A stretch of DNA of 55,769 nt, from IMG/VR virus record IMGVR_UViG_3300021431_000088, one strand, 5' to 3'. This document shows positions 47,369-55,769 of this stretch, in pieces. The position numbers and the translations under genes were made by a program. This DNA is from an uncultured virus (IMG/VR IMGVR_UViG_3300021431_000088) (taxonomy: Duplodnaviria > Heunggongvirae > Uroviricota > Caudoviricetes). Each line of letters begins with the position of its first letter. The first letter of the stretch is position 1. The notes beneath the pieces were generated by a model. It did no database searches. It worked only from the letters and a program-made list of their open reading frames with translations, and had not been told where the DNA came from.

Positions 47369-48403
47369 TTATCCTCCGGCGGTTTTATTATAACCGTGCT
47401 CTTGCGCCTTAAAGAAATCTATATAGTATTTCTCTAATTCGTTCAATTGTTCTTTATCGCAATATGTAATAACTTCAATTGCCCAGTTCCAAAATCCTTC
47501 TTTAAGAATAGCGTGATGCACGGCCTAATCTGCTATTGAACGAATCCCGATGGAGGACTTGAAATGGTCTGCAATTCGTGTCTTTACATTAGTGCTCTTT
47601 CCAATATAGCATTTACCAGTATCTATATTAGTTATCTTATAAATCCCTGGCTATGCTTTAATCTCAATTCGTTTGAATGTATCATCTAGATTTGGTTTAA
47701 CATATTCAGCCCAAACTAACTTAGAAATAATATCTGGATGTTGAACTTTCGCGGCAACTGTAGTAAGCAAAAACTCAATATCATCTTTATATTCATCAGG
47801 CAACTAAATTGTATAAAATAGTTTAGCCTGTTTATCTTTTTCATACTGAGCTAATGTATGTTCAATGCTTTCGAATCGTTCTTTTGCCTAAGTAATAGAT
47901 TTATTGTATTGTTCAATTTGTTCCATGGCTTCGCGCCATTTGACCTCAGAAGCTTCTTTAATAGTTTCATTCTATAAATTACATTGATTGATGGTATCTT
48001 CTAATATTTTATTATAATAATTCTATTTTTCTTCTAATGTCTAATTTAACTCTTGCTCGCGCTTTTGCCGCTATGTTTCTATGGTTTCATCAATTTCTTT
48101 CATCTTATCATTTACTAAATGATGATATTCGTCGCGTGCATCTTGTAAGCTCGTTTGCGCGCTATCTAACTAGTTATACAAATCTGTTAATTTTTGCTAT
48201 TCCGTATTCGTTTTTATTTGTAAATCTAAAAGTTTCCCGCGATACTACTCTAATGCTTCCTTATTAAAATTAAGCTTTTCTTCTGTATCTTCTAACTACT
48301 TTGTATAAACTTCAAGCAGTTTAGTATCCTCTTTTCTTTTTTGGAACAGTTTTATTCCTAAAAAAACGATTATAATAAAGCATAAAATTAGAATATAGAT
48401 CAT
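47369..48403 (-). CDS. Membrane-anchored coiled-coil protein with C-terminal GIY-YIG nuclease domain (~344 aa, TAG recoded)
   Basis: Invisible in the ORF track. MIYILILCFIIIVFLGIKLF hydrophobic segment, long coiled coil, then GIYKITNIDTGKCYIGKSTNVKTRIADH...LNELEKYYI...GYN. Confidence 0.82.
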
Positions 48404-48436
48404 GATCGGCATCACCATTTTTTCTTTTTATACTTT

Positions 48437-48465
48437 ATTATAACCGATTTCTGGGAGTTTGTCAA
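48437..48465 (-). promoter_or_regulatory. Consensus sigma70 promoter for the GIY-YIG to ruvC gene block
   Basis: TTGACA-aactcccagaaatcggt(17)-TATAAT on the minus strand. Confidence 0.85.
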
Positions 48466-49025
48466 ATATTAGGTTTTAATTTTTGCGCGCTAAATAAGAT
48501 GCCGCCAATAATATTTCCTAAAATAGTAAATAATAGATTTATACTAAATTGGCCGCCTACTAGCATATAGTAGAAATCAGCGATGCAATGATTAAAGCCA
48601 GCTATAATAAAAGTTGCTACTCCAAGCACTGTCGCCCAAAGCGGTGTGTCCTTATATGTTGCAAAAGACATTAACATCCCGCAACCAATTCCTTTTGTTA
48701 ATGCTGCTGACATTGTTTGAGCGCTTTTGGCTGTTGCTACCGCTATAGCAGTATCATGCACTACCATATATGACAAACTAGCAATTATAGCTACTCCAAA
48801 AAAATTACATAAAAGTATTAATGGATAATAATACCAAGGATTTTCTTTGGTAAGCATAAATTGAACCTTACCAGTAAATAAATGTAAATTATAGATTCTT
48901 ACAGTAAGCAATCCACAGGCAAATATGATCGCGCCTATAAGAGGGTTGGACGCCGATAAGAACGCCCAACCTCCAAGCGCAATAGCCATGCCCGCGAATA
49001 CTGCTCTTGATAATTTAACGGCCAT
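48462..49025 (-). CDS. Formate/nitrite transporter (FNT, FocA-like) channel (187 aa)
   Basis: Multiple transmembrane segments with FNT motifs AGMAIALG, LFTG, KGIGCGMLM, FIIAGFNHCIAD and GNIIGG. Confidence 0.85.
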   Translation of the reverse strand: MAVKLSRAVFAGMAIALGGWAFLSASNPLIGAIIFACGLLTVRIYNLHLFTGKVQFMLTKENPWYYYPLILLCNFFGVAIIASLSYMVVHDTAIAVATAKSAQTMSAALTKGIGCGMLMSFATYKDTPLWATVLGVATFIIAGFNHCIADFYYMLVGGQFSINLLFTILGNIIGGILFSAQKLKPNI

Positions 49026-49509
49026 TGAAATAATCCTCCATCATAATGATTCGTTGGTTTGAAGAACCACGCAGCGGCAATGTTGTATCTCTTTTATCCT
49101 GTTCATAACGGCCATCTATTAGACAAGTAATGTTATGTAAAATACGATCTAAAGTCCGATTATTGCGTTTTGCTAGTTCTTCTATAGTATAACCTGTCCA
49201 TAAATAGATTTTTAATTCTGGATAATCTAGTTTACACCAACTAATCAAGTTCATGACATCTTCTAAGTTTTCATCGGCAAGTGGTTCGCCGCCAAGAATG
49301 CTAAGAGAACGCATTACTCCATTTTTATTAAGTTTCTGCATAATTTCTTGCCGTAAACTTACATTATATTCGCGTCCATAATTAAAATCTTGTGCTTCGG
49401 GATTATGGCATCCGGGGCAATGGAAATGGCATCCCGAAAAATACACTGAGAGGGAGATACCAGGCGCGGCCGCGGTATCATCCCAATAGATTCCTGCAAT
49501 TTTACTCAT
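49015..49509 (-). CDS. nrdG: Anaerobic ribonucleotide reductase activating protein
   Basis: YFSGCHFHCPGCHN radical-SAM motif, ILGGEPL, WTGY, IDGRY, LRGSSNQR. Confidence 0.96.
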   Translation of the reverse strand: MSKIAGIYWDDTAAAPGISLSVYFSGCHFHCPGCHNPEAQDFNYGREYNVSLRQEIMQKLNKNGVMRSLSILGGEPLADENLEDVMNLISWCKLDYPELKIYLWTGYTIEELAKRNNRTLDRILHNITCLIDGRYEQDKRDTTLPLRGSSNQRIIMMEDYFNGR

Positions 49510-50847
49510 TAGTGTATATGCTTAACCCTTGCTTCAACTTCTTTCTGCTTGCCCCAGTTGAAAGCATCTTTATAGGAACCAGTGAGGTATCCAGTTACGC
49601 GTCTAAGCCTTGAAATATTCTTACTGCCACATTCAGGACATGTTTCTCCAATTTCATCTTGATAGCCGCAATTATTACACATATCTAAGGGTACATTTAA
49701 AGCGAAATATGGTATATCATGGTCCATAGCATAATTTACTATAGTTTCAAGCGCAGGAATATTATTCTTTACGCCAGAAGGAACTTCTACGTATGTAATG
49801 CAACCGGCACTAGAATATCCTGTTAATTGACTTTCAATATCAATCTTATCAAATACTGAAATGTCGTGCCACACTGGTACATGAATACTATTTGTAAAAT
49901 ATTCATGGTCTGAAACATTTTCAATCTCTCCGTATTTTGCCTTAAACTTCTTCATGGCTGTATAGCAAAGATTTTCTGCGGGGGTGTAATATACCCCAAA
50001 GTTGAGTTTATATTTTTTCTTAAACTCTGCACATCTATCTTTAAATAACTGTTCAATTCTTTTAGCTAATTCCATACCTTTTTCAGTCGTATGATCACAG
50101 CCAATCAAGATTTGAAGTGTTTCCGCGAGCCCCAATTGACCAATAACAATTGTACCATGCTTTAATGCAGAGCGAATTCCTTCTTCTGGATGATAACCTA
50201 ACATTGTATTATTTTCATACATAAACTTGGCGGATGCAGGAGACTGCTTGCAAATCCACTCAAAACGTTCAAGGAGCATATCTTTGGCTTCGTGGATTTT
50301 TCTATCAAGTAATTCTATAAAGCCATCTTCTAAATTTCTTGTTGCTGCTAAAGCTTGAGACGCGGGTGTTAAAGTATCAAAACAACTAAAATCACCAATT
50401 TTAAATTTTTCCCATAGTTCTTTGATTTCCATTGCCAATGTTGGCATAATAATAGTAACTGGACAAATATTGCCACGGCCATCCTTACGTTGAGGATTCA
50501 CGCCAGGTTCTGCATTTATGTCTGCGCCATTCGCTGTACGGCATCCCATTGTACTGAAATATGTAGTTGGATCATTAGGATCATAGCCAGCATTTCCAGA
50601 CCAATCAATGTTAGCATAGTTAGGATAAATACGCTTAGCAGTAGATTCAAGAGCGAGTTGGTATAAGTCATAGTTAGGATCGCCAGGCGCGCGGTTAATG
50701 CCTTTTCCTAGTTGGAAAATACCGCATGGGAATATAGGCGTCTTATGATACTTACCAACACCTTTTATAGAGCCTTCTAGTAATGCTTTAATTACCATTC
50801 GTCCTTCGGGCAACGTACAAGTACCATAGTTGATGGATGTGAAAGGT
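49509..50847 (-). CDS. nrdD: Class III ribonucleotide reductase, exon 2
   Basis: PFTSINYG, TMGCRT, TPAENL, YFTNSIHVP, CNNC/CPEC Zn site and RRVTGYL glycyl-radical motif. Confidence 0.95.
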
Positions 50848-52030
50848 CAGTTTTGTTATCCTATAGGCTTTTTATCCTATAGTTCTTATAGTTTCCTATA
50901 AGCTCAGCGTATATTTTCATCTTCGGCTTTGCCCGTTAAGAGCGGACACTCTTGGGTGGATTATATTTATTCACCACCTACGCGTTACACTACTAATTAA
51001 CCTTTCGTAATTTAATTAGTTAGCTCGGTATTATCATATTGTTAATCTAAATTATAATGTTGTTTAAAAGCTAAATATGTTTCATATTTTCTTTTAAGAT
51101 AAATTGTAGCATTATTATAAATCCAATCACCAAATAATTGAATATCGTGAATATTCTGTAATTTAATTTCACTTAATTCTCTATCTTGATAATCATATAC
51201 TTGTGGCTTTACATTTAATTGAAGTTCATTAGTACAATAATTTGAAATATCTTCCATTAATTTATGAGAACCGCAAAAGCTAATACTATGTAAAAATCTA
51301 TTATCTTTATTAAGTTTAGCTTGTATATTTCCATCACCATCTAAAATACCACGGATTAAATGAGACATATATTGCTTTTCTATATTAGTTGGTAAATATG
51401 TAATATAAGATTTTCTTGGTACAACGCCGTACTGGGTCAAGTCTTTTGCCATTATATTACTACGTACTGCTAATGTGCCGCATCCGCGGCCATCTTTTCC
51501 AACTGTTGTATTTGCTTGTAATGTTTGTTTAAAAGCATTTAACATATATTCATCATTTAAATCTAATGTAATTGATATGGAAGCTTGCCGCCCACTTGTT
51601 TCATCTTTAAAGACATTTCCATCGCTAATAATTAATCCTAAGAAATATGCTTTTTCTTCAGTATTAATTTCTTTGAAGAAATCTTCTATTAAGTTTGGAT
51701 TATTTATTTTTGCTTTTGGATATTTTGGAATATCTTTTAAGATTTTAATTACTGTTGGAGGGCTTAATTCAAATTTTGTACCAACCTCTTTTAAGCTCAT
51801 TGGTTTTGATTTATAAAAATCAATAATTTCTTGCTTCAATTTATCATCAATAATTTTTCTTGGCATATTCATCACCTCATATTATGAGTGCTTATGCCAC
51901 AACTTATCTATTATAATTTATTCTTGTAAAATAATTTTTTTATTTTATTTTACTAAAATCAACAACGTAGATTTCACCGATTTTGCCCGGATTCTTTCTG
52001 AAGATTTCTCTTCAGCCAGCCAACCTGTTT
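50848..52030 (-). mobile_element. Group I intron (1,183 nt) in nrdD
   Basis: Exon 1 ends in U (CAG CT) and the intron ends in G (AACTG). Splicing restores SRSGNQ-L-PFTSINYG. P1 CAGCUAA/UUGGCUG has the U-G pair, IGS AGGU pairs with exon 2 ACCU, and P (AAAUCGGUGAA), Q (AAUACCGAG) and P7 (GCGUA/UACGC) elements are present. Confidence 0.92.
51042..51875 (-). CDS. Intron-encoded LAGLIDADG homing endonuclease (277 aa, no TAG)
   Basis: Two motifs, AYFLGLIISDG and HLIRGILDGDG, an N-terminal HTH-like segment, very AT-rich, located inside the intron. Confidence 0.9.
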   Translation of the reverse strand: MMNMPRKIIDDKLKQEIIDFYKSKPMSLKEVGTKFELSPPTVIKILKDIPKYPKAKINNPNLIEDFFKEINTEEKAYFLGLIISDGNVFKDETSGRQASISITLDLNDEYMLNAFKQTLQANTTVGKDGRGCGTLAVRSNIMAKDLTQYGVVPRKSYITYLPTNIEKQYMSHLIRGILDGDGNIQAKLNKDNRFLHSISFCGSHKLMEDISNYCTNELQLNVKPQVYDYQDRELSEIKLQNIHDIQLFGDWIYNNATIYLKRKYETYLAFKQHYNLD

Positions 52031-53022
52031 AGCTGATTTCCACTTCTGGATTGCAATGTGTTAAGGTTGTGATACATACCCTCAACCGCCTGCTGTAATT
52101 CACGTTCAGTCATGTCCATTGCATACCTATATGCATTTTCATCTGAGTACCCATAACGGTCATCAATTTTAAACCATTTACACATAAAATCCGCCATATC
52201 TTTCCAGCGACTTTCTTCAATTTTTTCATCACCAATAGAACCAGGTATCCAAAAATAATCTTTTTGACTAATATATTTTACACCGTCACAATAATGCTTA
52301 TAAAAACTCTTCCTCACATAAGGAACCATAGTCCAATCTAAATGAGTTGCACTGACGCCGCCAAACTGCATTAAGGATTGAAGTTGGAATATAACTGCTA
52401 CAAGTTGGAAAGCAGTATTGATGGAATTGGCTGGGCGTACATCCGTCTGCCTTGTATTAAAGCCCTTTGCTAGTAAATCATCAAATGGAACACTTAAACA
52501 ATTATGCATACCAACTGCATATGCACTTAAATCATGAATATAAATTTCATTATTTAAATGATTATTTCGTGCCATGTCAGACATACAATAATCTAATGCA
52601 TATTGCTTCATCATCTCATCAGATGCTTCGCCCACGCGGCCGCCGAACGAATGCTCATCTATATTGGCATTTTGATTTTGTACATTAGATGCGCGAAGCT
52701 TTTCACTAATAGCGCGAATAAACTCAGTTGAATTCGCGCGCATAATCCCGTGCTTATAACGATATTTAATATATGCTTTACCGACTTTTAAATCATAATC
52801 AGTCAAGTAATCTTCTACCAGTTCTTGGATGTCCTCTACTCCAAGTGGCCCCTCTATTTCCTTAGCAACTTGTTCTACTTCATCTGCGATTTCTTCAGCA
52901 TACTGTGGAAATCCCGTTTCTGTGGGATAAACTTCATGCCATGCTTTACATATAGCAGTATGAATTTTTTCTTTATCAAAAGGTACTAATTGACCAGTAC
53001 GTTTACGAATCTGCAATTCCAT
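52031..53022 (-). CDS. nrdD: Class III ribonucleotide reductase, exon 1 with ATP cone
   Basis: IRKRTGQLVPFDKEKI ATP cone, NQNANIDE, IYIHDL, HNCL, QFGGVS, EGMYHNLNTLQSRSGNQ. RBS AAGGAG ahead of ATG 53022. Confidence 0.95.
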
Positions 53023-53027
53023 CTTAC

Positions 53028-53234
53028 TCACTCCTTAAACTTTTTCCCGCAATATGGGCACTCCGCAGTTGTTGAAAAATCAAAAGTCCCGTTATTATGA
53101 GGGCAGGCTGATTGTAATTCTTTAATTTCATCTCGTATAGTCATTACTTTATCAGTTAATTCCATACGAGATAATGCTACTTTTAATTCTTTGCTTAAAA
53201 TCCAATATGATTTCTAAATATTAGTAATATCCAT
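53028..53234 (-). CDS. Small Zn-ribbon protein (68 aa, 1 TAG)
   Basis: RBS GGAGG/GGAG, MDITNIQKSYW...CPHNNG...CPYCGKKFKE, TGA overlapping the nrdD RBS. Confidence 0.65.
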
Positions 53235-54315
53235 ATCTCCAAAAACCTCCTTTCTATATAGTTTCTGTTGTCTATCTAAATAAAGTCTCTGTTTCCTTAT
53301 AGCGTTCTAATACCTTCATAAGTTGTTCACGTTCCGGGCGAATCTCTGTCATTCTTTTATCTTTGGGGATTCTATCCATAATACTTTTATAAGCGCAAGT
53401 TCCGCCTTGCGTCCAAGTGGCTATTAACTTGGAAAGATCTTTAATAGGATCATAGCATCCTAATTGTGGTTCTTCATATTTTATTTTAATAGGGATATGA
53501 CAACTCCAAAAGACATATAATAGATTTAATTTATAGATTATATCTTTAAGATACTCTGATTGATAATAGAAAGAGCCGCCCAAAGATAAATAAACCTATG
53601 AACTTGGATTAATAACTGCCAAAAGACGGTTTTTATAATGTTTCATTAAAATTGGGGTTTCTTTTAAAGGAATATTTAAATCTAAGTAGGCATCATTTCC
53701 TCTAGCAATTAGAGCATTTTCGCGCACTTCTAAGAAATCAGAGATTTTTTTATAATGCGCTGGATGAATAAAATTAATAGATGATGGATTGCGCATTAAA
53801 ATCTTATTAACTATTTTCTGCCATCCATCTTGAAAAAAGTCCATATCATAAATATAGATACGGCGGCGCTTTTTAACCGCGGGTAATGGTAATTCTGTAT
53901 CACCAGCATGCCATCTATAATAAGAATTATCAAGGAAACGATTGATTTCTTTTTCTGTTAAACCTGCTTGGTACTTTTCTTTTAGAAAAGAAGTATAGAT
54001 ATTTGGGCGAGCAAGTGTGTAATCTATAAGTTTATTTTCAAATGGAATATACTTACCATTTGTAAAAGCAGTACCACCGTAAATTACATTTTTCGCGCGA
54101 AGGAATGCTTCGGGCACACTAGTAAAATCTTTAGATTCACTGAAAATATAAATCTTATCATAACCGCTTAATTCAGTTTCATCCAAGTTAATTAAGCGGC
54201 AAAAGGTATTTTCTTCAGTGCGGTAGTAAGTGGCAAGTTTCATTATTTCAAGATTGGGAGGACAGAGTTGAGGTTTGGGCCAACTCTGTAATTGAAGATC
54301 TACTAAGCCCACCAT
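53221..54315 (-). CDS. Hypothetical protein with radical-SAM-like N-terminus (364 aa, 3 TAG)
   Basis: Fragments 53596-54315 and 53272-53583 are in frame and end at TAA 53221. MVGLVD...PNLEIMKLATYY...YDKIYIFS...YGGTAF, with no CxxxCxxC. Confidence 0.6.
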
Positions 54316-55769
54316 TATTCATTCACCTCAACTCTTTCTGTCTGAAACTCTAAAGTCCCATCATCATGTATTGCTGTAATTTTAGAAATTACAGGATAAA
54401 AACTGTCCTTCCGTTTTTTAGGAATGAAGTCATTTTCGCGCCTAATTCCCTGAATCATTAGCAATGTACCTCTGGAAAACCAGCTCTTTTCTATTACATG
54501 TTTGCGCCCATCCGCGCCCTTTTGAGATAATTGCTTATCGAATCCAGCATATTGATTCTTATATACTTTAACATTAACTACACCGGTTGGTGTTAGCAAT
54601 GTTACCGTATTCTTCATTTTATTTTTATCAATAACCGTTCCAATAATTCGTCTTAATTTATATACTCTAACTTCATTGCCATCCTTACCAGTAAAACTAT
54701 AATCAACTTCTGGTTCTTCTGGTAGCTTAAAGAAGTCATCATATAGATATTGAGATTCTTCTAGCTCATGTTCATGGCTATAAAAACTTACTGATTCCAT
54801 TTCCCAATGAGAGATTGAACCTAACGCATATTTATCAAATACTTCTTTATATAATGCATCATTTAATGCTTTAAGCATTTCATCTTTATGTGCCTTTAAG
54901 TATGCTCTCATCGGGTCCATTGCCTTCTGATAGATAAGATCCCATTTTGCCGCAGATAACTCTGTTCCATTTCTTAAAATATCTACATTAAAGTTATCTG
55001 CTATGAAGTTAATTGCGGCGTCATTTAGTTGATAATACTCGACTTTCTTTTGCTGCTTTAAAAACTTATTAAACAGAAATACTTTCTTACCTAATTGCAT
55101 TTCTTCCGGAATTAAATCATAATTGATTAACATCTGCATATTCTGTAATGTTAATCTCTGCTTTTTATCTGCGATCATATCAATATACTTTTCCATGATC
55201 TTTTCGCGCGGCATCTGCATCATTTCATCAAATGCTCCGCATTTGATTAGATTAGTCATCTGAATCTTATTTACTTTGACTCTTTCGAGGAAGTCCTCCA
55301 ATGAATCAAACGGTCGCATTTCCATAATTTCTCGAATGATTGAGGTCGACAAACGGGTAATTCCTCGCAGTCCATACAAGATTTCATTTCTTTCAACGAC
55401 TGGGGTAAAAGTATAAGAGGAATCGTTAATGTTGGGAGGCGCAACCTTAATCCCGTAGTTATTAAATCTTCCAATTGCGATTGCGACTTTTCCATAATCA
55501 ACTGTTTTTGTTTTCTCTTTTTTCTTATCTTCTTTTTCACCCTCTGCTACCTCATTTTCTTCTTCCCACTCTTCTTCATCTTCATCATCTTCTTCAGGCT
55601 CAGGCTCAACATCCAAGCCTTCATCTTCATCTTCAACTTCTTCAGTCTGAATGCCACCGCTATCAACAATAAGATTTGCGGTATTCCAGAAGATGATTGG
55701 GAAGAATCGCGCAAGATTCATTTCTTGTAATGCGACCATCGAATATGAATATGTGTGTGCAGCATTAAA
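54315..55769 (-). CDS. dnaE: DNA polymerase III alpha subunit (family C), C-terminal part, truncated by the window edge
   Basis: FNAAHTYSYS, PPNINDS, ILYGLRGI, RPFDSLEDFLER, NLIKCGAFD, WEMESVSFY and a C-terminal OB fold. Confidence 0.93.
   Translation of the reverse strand, partial: FNAAHTYSYSMVALQEMNLARFFPIIFWNTANLIVDSGGIQTEEVEDEDEGLDVEPEPEEDDEDEEEWEEENEVAEGEKEDKKKEKTKTVDYGKVAIAIGRFNNYGIKVAPPNINDSSYTFTPVVERNEILYGLRGITRLSTSIIREIMEMRPFDSLEDFLERVKVNKIQMTNLIKCGAFDEMMQMPREKIMEKYIDMIADKKQRLTLQNMQMLINYDLIPEEMQLGKKVFLFNKFLKQQKKVEYYQLNDAAINFIADNFNVDILRNGTELSAAKWDLIYQKAMDPMRAYLKAHKDEMLKALNDALYKEVFDKYALGSISHWEMESVSFYSHEHELEESQYLYDDFFKLPEEPEVDYSFTGKDGNEVRVYKLRRIIGTVIDKNKMKNTVTLLTPTGVVNVKVYKNQYAGFDKQLSQKGADGRKHVIEKSWFSRGTLLMIQGIRRENDFIPKKRKDSFYPVISKITAIHDDGTLEFQTERVEVNE

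Noticed and set aside
48230..48265. Frameshift between the membrane anchor and coiled coil of the GIY-YIG gene
   Set aside because: Re-reading the minus strand gives GAG TAG TAT CGC GGG AAA, which is one continuous frame with a TAG.
52012..52030. nrdD as two separate genes or split by an intein
   Set aside because: The exon 1 frame stops a few codons into the insert, the endonuclease has its own start and stop, and group I splice signals restore the conserved sequence exactly.

Overview
This window is part of a large tailed (siphovirus-like) bacteriophage genome, probably infecting an anaerobic Firmicute (inferred from sigmaA-type promoters, strong Shine-Dalgarno sites and class III ribonucleotide reductase). 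The phage reads TAG as a sense codon, most likely Gln (code 15). The fragmented ORF track joins into intact genes when TAG is read through, and the reconstructed genes end in TAA or TGA. Layout: (1) 1-5.5 kb, a cassette array of small TAG-free early or host-takeover genes, each with its own near-consensus promoter and leader hairpin, plus several antisense and non-coding transcription units. (2) 5.5-7.5 kb, a non-coding region with dense palindrome repeats and an array of six sequence-divergent hairpins sharing one 10-nt loop. (3) 7.6-44.3 kb on the + strand, the morphogenesis operon: terminase, portal, protease/scaffold, capsid, neck, two paralogous tail-tube genes, a ~5,170-aa tape measure protein, Dit-like and tail-tip genes. 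(4) 44.3-55.8 kb on the - strand, DNA metabolism genes: RuvC-like resolvase, dUTPase, membrane-anchored GIY-YIG protein, formate channel, nrdG, nrdD split by a group I intron carrying a LAGLIDADG endonuclease, and the end of a DnaE-type polymerase. No suppressor tRNA or lysis genes were recognised in the window. Gene boundaries were reconstructed by hand, and product calls come from motif recognition and synteny, not database searches.
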